The notes under the pieces: model-generated
The model's input: the letters and a program-made list of their open reading frames with translations, nothing else
What the model was told of the DNA's origin: nothing
Database searches by the model: none
Shown: positions 9,562-16,702 of the stretch, piece after piece
Layout: each line of letters starts with the position of its first letter
Numbering within the stretch: the first letter of the stretch is position 1
NCBI GenBank assembly: GCA_051294375.1
Contig: JBJCIZ010000379.1
Coordinates: 1 to 16,702, forward strand
From: Paraspadella gotoi
Lineage: Eukaryota > Animalia > Chaetognatha
Reading direction: 5' to 3'
DNA length: 16,702 nt
Translations under genes and position numbers: made by a program

Positions 9562-12464
9562 GACTTGAAGCTTCACCAGTCGACTCCTACCTGCTGCATG
9601 TGGTCGATGCAAGTGACGGGCGAGCGTGGTTGGTTGATGGGGGCGCGATGCTCTCACTTATTCCCCCTACACCAGAACAGCGTGCCGCCGGCCCAGTGGG
9701 CCCACAGCTTCAAGCGGCAAATGGGACGCCAATCGCATGCTATGGTACGACAAAAAGAAGAATAACCTTGGGTCCCCGACTTTTTCCCTTCGATGTATTG
9801 GTTGCCGACGTTACGCAGAGCATCCTTGGCGCCGACTTTCTCGCCGAATTTTTCCTGGCGGCCAATCATCGCGATGGCATACTCCTTGACCTGAAAGATT
9901 TTTCTACCATTGCCTGCGCACGTTCTTATGGCCAATCCCCTTCACATGTGCATTTTGTCGGCGAGGACACTCAGTACTACAAGCTCCTCGACCAATACCC
10001 AGCCCTATTGACACCAACATTTGAGATCAAAGAGCCAAAGCATGGTATCCGTCACCACATCGCAACGCAAGGCCGCCCATGCAGAGCTCGAGCACGCCGC
10101 TTATCCCCAGAAAAACTCGCGGTGGCCAAGGCTGAGTTAGACAAAATGGTCGAACTGGGCGTGGCAATGCGCGCTAAAAGCCAATGGTCCTCGCCTTTAC
10201 ATTGTGTTCCGAAGGGCGATGGGGGATGGCGAGTCTGTGGAGACTATCGCCAACTCAATGCACAGACAATCCCAGACAGATACCCAGTGAAGCTTTTGGC
10301 GGATTTTAATGCCCAATTGTCCGGGAAAACAATTTTTTCAAAAATAGACCTGTTGAAAGGTTATCACCAAATTCCCGTGGCCGAAGACGATGTTCCCAAA
10401 ACGGCAGTGATAACACCTTTCGGTCTATATGTTTTCCTACGAACTCCTTTTGGCCTGAAAAATGCTGGTCAAGATTTTCAGCGTTTAATGGACGAGATAC
10501 TGGGCGATCTTCCACGTGTATATGTGTACCTTGACGATATTCTCGTCGCGAGCGAGAATGAAGCCCAACACCTCGAGGATCTCCAGGAAGTGTTTGAGTC
10601 CCTGCAGGAGAATGGACTCATCATCAACCGCAAAAAATGCGTTCTCGGCCAAAGCTCCTTAGAGTTCCTGGGCTATCAAGTCGATTCGACAGGCGTCAAG
10701 CCTCTCTCTCAGCGGGTCAACGCCCTCCGTCAAACGGCAGCACCCTCCACTGTCAAGGAACTGCAGCGGTTCCTCGGAATGATTAACTATTACCGCCGCT
10801 TCATCCCGAGGGTCGCCCATCACGCAACTCCTCTCTATGACGCCCTCAAAGGGAAACCCAGGCGTTTAGATTGGACCGTCAACTGCCAGCAGGGTTTCGA
10901 GGCAGTGAAAGAGGCATTAGCAAATGCCGTCCTCCTTCGTCACCCAAAAACCGGCGCCGAACTCTCTCTCACCACTGATGCTTCCGACCATGCTGTGGGA
11001 GCAGTCTTAGAGCAACGAGGACACAACGGTTGGGAACCATTGGCTTTCTTTTCTGCCAAGCTGAGCGACAGCCAACGCAAATGGCCCCCATTTGACAGGG
11101 AGCTGTACGGCGCCTTTCGAGCAGTACGTCACTTCCGCCCATGGTTGGAGGGTCGCACATTCATCCTGTATACAGACCATATGAGTCTCATACACGCCCT
11201 CCACAAGAAAAGCGAGCCGCAGACAGCGCGACAAACTTTCCAATTATCGGCGATTGCGGAATATACAACCGATATCCGTCACATTGAAGGAAAGGCAAAC
11301 GTGGTCGCCGACGCCCTCTCGCGGCCAAATCAGGCGACGGAAATCTCAACAAAGCCTCTCTGCGCCGAGAAATCAGATCAATTCGACCTCATAGTGGCTG
11401 CAGTTCAACATCAAGGCGTGGACTTGCAGGAAATGGCGCGACAGCAGCCACTAGACCGAGATTTTATCCGGCTCCTCCAAGATCAATCCACGGGCCTCCA
11501 CTTCAAGCGCGTCCATATTGGAGACGAAACGATCGTAGTTGACGTTTCAAATGGCCCTCCAAGACCCTTTGTCCCTGAGGCATGGCGAAAAAAGGTTTTC
11601 GAAACAATTCACAACCTTGGCCACCCAGGCATCGCTCGTACACGCGACACAGTGGCCGAGAAATTTGTCTGGCCCAACATGCGAGCAGATGTTACCCGCT
11701 GGGCCCGTGAATGTGTAGCATGTCAACGCGCGAAGGTAACTCGTCACACGATTCCAGAAATTGGAGAATTTACTGTACCTTCAAGAAGATTTCAGCACAT
11801 CCACGTCGATTTGGTTCACATGCCCCCATCAAACGGTTTCACCCACCTACTGACCGCAGTCGATCGTTTTACGAGATGGCCAGTAGCAATTCCTATCAAG
11901 GATATCTCAGCATCAACAGTAGCAGACAGCTTCGCCCATGGCTGGGTCGCAGCTTTCGGCATTCCCGCTGAGATAACGACTGACCGAGGATCACAATTTT
12001 CATCTGCGATCTGGAAACAACTAGCAAAAAGCTGGGATTGTCAACTCCGTTTGACCACTGCCTATCACCCAGAGGCCAATGGACTCGTTGAACGCTTCCA
12101 TCGGCGATTGAAGGAAGCATTAATCGCAATAGCAGCCGATGACCCTCACAACTGGTTTTGGCGTCTACCCTCAGCGCTCTTGGCCATAAGGACGACGATC
12201 AAACCCGACGTCGACGCTTCACCAGCGCAGTTGGTCTATGGAGATGGCCTTACCGTCCCCGGCGACGTCCTCGGCCCGAGTCTTTCTGAAGCTGAAGAAA
12301 AAGAGGCTCGTCGCCGGCTTCGAGACGAGTTGAGACTCGAGGTAGAACGGCTCTGCAGCCCGCTCACAACAAGCAGGCATCGACAACGCGTGTTCACCTC
12401 CCCAACGACCTCGCCACTTGGCACCTTCATTTTCCTCCGACGCGCGGCGTCAGTCCGCCGCTAA
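9516..12464 (+). CDS. pol: Pol polyprotein (aspartic protease, reverse transcriptase, RNase H, integrase); true C-terminus probably lies beyond 12464
   Basis: Protease: WLVDGGAMLSLIP...ILGADFL. RT: DYRQLN, FSKIDLLKGYHQI, TPFGLKNA, YLDD (10527-10538). RNase H: TTDASDHAVGAVL, DRELYG, YTDH, NVVADALSR. Integrase: HNLGH...CVAC zinc finger and the DDE core HVDLV / TTDRGSQF / GLVERFHRRLK. Confidence 0.96.
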   Translation, partial: GKRPGGPAQVNAVPRRLEASPVDSYLLHVVDASDGRAWLVDGGAMLSLIPPTPEQRAAGPVGPQLQAANGTPIACYGTTKRRITLGPRLFPFDVLVADVTQSILGADFLAEFFLAANHRDGILLDLKDFSTIACARSYGQSPSHVHFVGEDTQYYKLLDQYPALLTPTFEIKEPKHGIRHHIATQGRPCRARARRLSPEKLAVAKAELDKMVELGVAMRAKSQWSSPLHCVPKGDGGWRVCGDYRQLNAQTIPDRYPVKLLADFNAQLSGKTIFSKIDLLKGYHQIPVAEDDVPKTAVITPFGLYVFLRTPFGLKNAGQDFQRLMDEILGDLPRVYVYLDDILVASENEAQHLEDLQEVFESLQENGLIINRKKCVLGQSSLEFLGYQVDSTGVKPLSQRVNALRQTAAPSTVKELQRFLGMINYYRRFIPRVAHHATPLYDALKGKPRRLDWTVNCQQGFEAVKEALANAVLLRHPKTGAELSLTTDASDHAVGAVLEQRGHNGWEPLAFFSAKLSDSQRKWPPFDRELYGAFRAVRHFRPWLEGRTFILYTDHMSLIHALHKKSEPQTARQTFQLSAIAEYTTDIRHIEGKANVVADALSRPNQATEISTKPLCAEKSDQFDLIVAAVQHQGVDLQEMARQQPLDRDFIRLLQDQSTGLHFKRVHIGDETIVVDVSNGPPRPFVPEAWRKKVFETIHNLGHPGIARTRDTVAEKFVWPNMRADVTRWARECVACQRAKVTRHTIPEIGEFTVPSRRFQHIHVDLVHMPPSNGFTHLLTAVDRFTRWPVAIPIKDISASTVADSFAHGWVAAFGIPAEITTDRGSQFSSAIWKQLAKSWDCQLRLTTAYHPEANGLVERFHRRLKEALIAIAADDPHNWFWRLPSALLAIRTTIKPDVDASPAQLVYGDGLTVPGDVLGPSLSEAEEKEARRRLRDELRLEVERLCSPLTTSRHRQRVFTSPTTSPLGTFIFLRRAASVRR

Positions 12465-12600
12465 CAGCGGCACCATAACGAGCGTCCATTCCGAGTCGGT
12501 CGGCTCGAGATAACCTGCATTTTAAGATTAAGTTCCTGGCAGAGGCGTCCAAGTTTGTCGCAATATTCCCGAGTAAAACCCGCGAATGTATGGAACGACT
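12355..12600 (+). other. Frameshifted continuation of the integrase C-terminus (GPY/F-like module)
   Basis: Fragments across frames read FIFLRR, PPLTA, PFRV (ccattccgagtc), LHFKI and RVKPA (cgagtaaaacccgcg), as expected for a Gypsy integrase tail. The dense indels look like uncorrected read errors. Confidence 0.7.
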
Positions 12601-13199
12601 CAATCGAAGACAAGTTCCACGTGCAGGAGGACCTTCCAGCACCCGTCGCATTTTAGGCTCTCAAAGACATACTCTTGCGTCGTAGGGGAAGACGCCTAGG
12701 CCAAGAAACGCAGCCTTTCTCATCTTCGACTCGGACTCAAGCAAGAAACAGTTTCAGCTCAACGCCAGGCGCTCGTACGACCACGCCCACCACAACGTCA
12801 ACACGCGAGTCCTCTCAAAAAGCGCCAACACCTCCGATGCAAGAACTCGTGCAAAAACGCGGCAAACTCCGGCGCCGTGCGATGAAGAGAGGGAGGGAAT
12901 AACGATTACTTCCGACCGCGCCCACCAAGGCGGAAGGTTCATCAACCGCCTTCGGACCCTTCCCCCGCGCGAGGAACGACCAACCACCTCGTTCAACATC
13001 ATCCTACGCGCTACGATCTCTCTCGAGCGGCACGCAGACGCAACACGGCGAGATCTGCCTTCCGGCCGGGCGTTGGAGGCGACGACACGCCCAGGATTAC
13101 AACGCCGGTCCTCAAACATCTTCCTGCCCTTCAACCAAATGAGCCCAAACGTGAAGACCGAGTTGTCCCAGTTTCCTCCTCTCTCCCGTCGACTCGTCT

Positions 13200-13207
13200 G
13201 GGGGGGA
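13200..13207 (+). promoter_or_regulatory. Polypurine tract
   Basis: GGGGGGGA lies directly before the TG of the 3' LTR. Confidence 0.85.
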
Positions 13208-13843
13208 TGTGGGATTCGATCCCGCTTATTTAATTTTCCAACTCAACTAAAATTAAAAAGAGTCATCTCTCGGGATTTTCGATCCGGAACTGTTTAGTGA
13301 ACGAACTATAATTTAGTTGGTTTTCCACCACCTCAGTGCCTTTACATAAGATATTGCCAATTGTGCTAATTATGATAACATGAGAGTATAATCATGGGAG
13401 ACAAAAAGAACATAATAATCATTAAATAGTTTTAGCTAGGTAACACTATGTAGTAGTTATTACAAATTTTCCATGGCATATCACTTTATTTCCTTGTTTC
13501 TTCTTACAAAGAAACTTCTTCTACATTGTTAAACGATTATCATCCTAGTATTAAGTATTTCATTGTTAATGTTACCAATTAATATTATTACTGTTATTAC
13601 TTTGCGTTGTGAGTCATATAAGATGAATTCCATAATAATCGAGAGTATCTATAGCTTTTGATTTATTTTATTAAGGTAATGATTTTAAGAGACGGAACAA
13701 AATAGAGATATTGTTCGACGGACAATTTTAGAGAAGACAGAAAACTGTTGCGAAGATAAACTCTTTGATTTCCAACGCCAACCTAGAGGTTTCATCAGCG
13801 CCCTGGAAAAGAGGTTGGCGAACGTTAACCGTGAATTCGCACA
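13208..13843 (+). repeat. 3' LTR (~636 bp)
   Basis: TGTGGG...GTGAATTCGCACA, colinear with 7670-8299 and differing mainly by scattered 1-2 nt indels. Confidence 0.93.
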
Positions 13844-15049
13844 TATTTCTATTTTATTTTTTGAAATACGTATAGTTTCCATATGTAGAAATCCAAAATA
13901 ATCAATGCAATCTTTTTTTGTTTTTAGATATGACCGATATATAGGGTGAAAGATGTAAATTTTTTAAAAAAAAGTTACTTATTCATATTTATTGCCTAGA
14001 GATTGTAAATAGAAAAAAAATAAAAAAAAATAATAAGTACCATATAGTTAGTGTTATGTCTGCAAAATAGATGGAAAAAAAACCTCATTTTAAAAAATTC
14101 GATCGGGAAGTGGGGTAACTTAGGCTTACCAATGGCATCCTCCGCCGAATTGTTCTCCTCAAATAATTTTTTTTTTATTTAATACATTTGAAAGGAGAAA
14201 AAAAAGAAAAATTAGAAATGCAGGTTGCTAAAGGGTACAGATAAAATCTGGACTTACTGACCATGAAAATAACCATGACCTTTTATATCTTGTGAAATGG
14301 GGCCAGTAAAGATATCTAAAAAAATTCAAATCATTTAAGTCAGTTCAATGAACCCTTTCTAATGGGGACTATTATGATAAATATTTTTTTTCTTAATAAA
14401 TGATGATAAAATAAATAGAATTAAATTCTTGCTATAATTTTAAAAGAATAATATCAAACACAATGAATGTCTTGCTTTGTCAAATTAGCCAGTTATATAA
14501 TTTTTGAAAACTTTATTATATAAACATTAAACAAGCAGTGTGTCAAGCTTTTAGTTTGGCAGTTAAAGTAAAATGAAAATTCCAATATTGTTTTTTCACA
14601 GACAAGAAGGTAGATGTCGCAGACTGGTTTATATCAGCTGAGAAAACATTTTTTGTATTTATCATTTTGATATTTTAAAAAGACATTTTATCAAGTAAAC
14701 ATAAATTTTTGCTTGTTTTTTAACTTTAACTTAAAAAATATAAGCCAGTTTTATGGAATAGAAAATTTAATAATTAATCAAATGTATTCAGTCTTTCCTT
14801 TTTCAAATTACAAAAGAAAAAATAAAAAAATTCATATGCTTTCATTGAAATTTTAAAAGCAAAATACTGTTATACCTTTTAAACTCTGATTTAAACAAAA
14901 GCTGTGTAAAGATTTATGGATTTAATTTTAAACTTTTTTAGAAAGGTGTCCCCATGATTAGGGCTTTAATTTGATAAGTACCAACACCCATCTGTAGCTC
15001 TTTTCTTTCAAAAGTTATTTAAAAAAAAGAAACTTTTTTCAAATTACGC

Positions 15050-15680
15050 AAGTACAAATCTTTGTTAAAATAAGAAATTTTGGCAAAGCGGAAGTAATCT
15101 CACTTATTCTATTGAACCAATACTTAAATTTTAAATAAAACTTGAAGAAATTTTTTTGTCATTTAGAGACATATCACTTTCAGTGTACCCATCGTATAAT
15201 AATTGATTTATTTATTTTCCCCCAAAAAAAGCCTAATTAAAAAAGTTGAAATTTTCAAAATTGTTGGAAAAAAATTTCTTCGACCTAGCTCATTGAGAAT
15301 AATGGTTTGCATAGAAAATCTAAAATATCAAAAAAATAAAAAAATCAAGCCTCTAGAAAAAATTGAAAGGCTAGAGGCTGGTTTTTTTAGAAATTGCAAA
15401 AAATTTTTTTTCCTAACTCGAAATCCCATTATTCTCAGTTTCAAAAAATATATTTTTTTTTCCAAAATCATTTCCAATCAAAATTTTTTTTTTTATTAAT
15501 TTAAAATGTTTTTAATGATGTTGTTTTTGTTGAAAGAATTGAAAAAAAGTGAAAAAATATAGTAATTATATAAAGGTTTTTTGGAATACCCTCTAAAATA
15601 TTAGATAATTAGACACAAGGGGAGTAAGCAGAGAAAACTTCCCATTCATAAAAAGAATTGAAAATGAATTTGTCATATTT
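15050..15680. repeat. Imperfect long palindrome (MITE/foldback-like), axis ~15365
   Basis: Nested inverted pairs share one axis: AGCCTCTAG 15348-15356 with CTAGAGGCT 15371-15379; TGAGAATAATGG 15294-15305 with CCATTATTCTCA 15426-15437; TTGGAAAAAAA ~15264 with TTTTTTTCCAA ~15455; GGAAGTAATCTCACTTATTC ~15090 with GAGTAAGCAGAGAAAACTTCC ~15622. Confidence 0.7.
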
Positions 15681-16240
15681 GTTATTTAGATTAATTGACT
15701 AATTACAAACATAAGATTTCATATAAATTGAAGGAAATGATGGGTAAAAAATATTCATCTTGGTCTCGGTTAACTAATTAAAGTTATTGTAAAGTTTTGT
15801 TTAAATAATATTAATATTTTTTTTTGCATACTATAAGCAATGGTCTAAAATTTTGTCGCGTTTTCGAGCTATATTGCTTCATCTTTTACTAATTTTTGAT
15901 CTATTAGCTTTTTTGTTGATGGTCCAAGGGTTATGGTCAGTACAGTAATGTCCAGTAGTGTATTCGCACATATTACCAAGTAATGTCAATTAATTTGGTG
16001 CAGAAAACAATTTTAAGAGGGACAAAATTTAGCACGAGACAGTTAACGCAACGTTATTTTTCATTGTGTCATATAACAAAAGTTAAAAAACAAGGATGTC
16101 GCTTGTAATCGCTGAAAGTTTGGCAATTCTGTGCGTCAGTAAAAAAGCAAGACAAAGAGCACCGGAAAAGGTGGAAGAGCTGGATTTCATCGTAATAATA
16201 AAAGATAGTTATTTTCGTAAACAGGGATCATTGATTGAAG

Positions 16241-16295
16241 TTTGGGATTAGGGCTAGAGATTGGGTTAGGGTTAGAGATAAAGGTTAGGGATTTG
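16241..16295 (+). repeat. Short degenerate TTAGGG-like hexamer tract
   Basis: tttggg-a-ttaggg-ctagag-attggg-ttaggg-ttagag-ataaagg-ttaggg: three perfect TTAGGG units among variants. Confidence 0.6.
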
Positions 16296-16702
16296 AATTT
16301 AAACTTTTGAAAAAGGGTAAAATTAATTTAAGGTGGGAATCTGGAATGGGGCGCTCTCGAAAAAGGGCTTAAGGGAACATAATGACCAAAAATGAAAACA
16401 TAAGTTTGGGCCTCCTCTTCGGACGTGATTGGTCGGAGTTTAGGTCATTCTTTCGAGTTTGCTTTGGAAAATCAGAAAAAAAAAATTCATCTCCTTTGTG
16501 AAATGCTTACAAGGACGAGATAATTATTGGGAAAATTTTTCAATTTGATCTCCCCTAAAATACTGATACCCATTCATTGTCTTACTTTTACATTAGAAAT
16601 CATTTTTCCATAAATTTCGAAATTTTTAATTTTTATTGAGAAAGCTGAAAATCTTGCGTCTAGGCCTCTCACTTTAATAAAAGGAATTTTAACAGTGGTA
16701 TG

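Larger units (their letters stand above)
7670..13843 (+). mobile_element. Ty3/Gypsy LTR retrotransposon, CsRn1/Kabuki/Boudicca-like lineage, near full length (~6.2 kb)
   Basis: Order is LTR-PBS-gag-pol(PR-RT-RH-IN)-PPT-LTR. Integrase after RNase H indicates Ty3/Gypsy. The CHCC Gag knuckle and tRNA-Trp-type PBS are hallmarks of the CsRn1 lineage. Confidence 0.95.

Noticed and set aside
8585-12430. Short alternative-frame and antisense ORFs inside gag/pol
   Set aside because: They are short (63-143 aa), have no recognisable motifs and are expected by chance in GC-rich coding DNA.
12427-13297. Small ORFs after pol as a possible env or accessory gene
   Set aside because: No signal peptide, transmembrane segment or recognisable domain, and the region is broken up by indels.
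7670-13843. Dating the insertion from LTR-LTR divergence
   Set aside because: The differences are mostly 1-2 nt indels typical of raw long-read error, so an age estimate would be meaningless.
15203-15499. 98-aa Lys/Phe/Ile-rich ORF
   Set aside because: It starts at TTG, derives from poly-A/poly-T runs and lies across the non-coding palindrome.

Overview
This looks like eukaryotic genomic DNA from a partly corrected long read, in two parts. (1) Bases 7670-13843 are a near-complete Ty3/Gypsy LTR retrotransposon of the CsRn1/Kabuki/Boudicca lineage. It has two ~630-bp LTRs, a tRNA-Trp-type primer binding site, gag with a CHCC knuckle, a -1 frameshift signal, pol (PR-RT-RH-IN) and a polypurine tract. 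It lies in AT-rich host DNA containing a diverged palindromic element and a short TTAGGG-like tract. (2) Bases 1-~7500 are almost devoid of A and full of long overlapping ORFs, which are most likely a sequencing artefact. Bases ~3600-6996 are the reverse complement of 7042-~10400 with A systematically called as C. At the symmetry axis (6997-7041) is a 45-nt A-to-C-corrupted copy of the PacBio SMRTbell hairpin adapter. The window is therefore best read as an unsplit polymerase read (subread, missed adapter, subread). I found no credible new biological system. All alignments were done by eye, so boundaries in the noisy regions are approximate.
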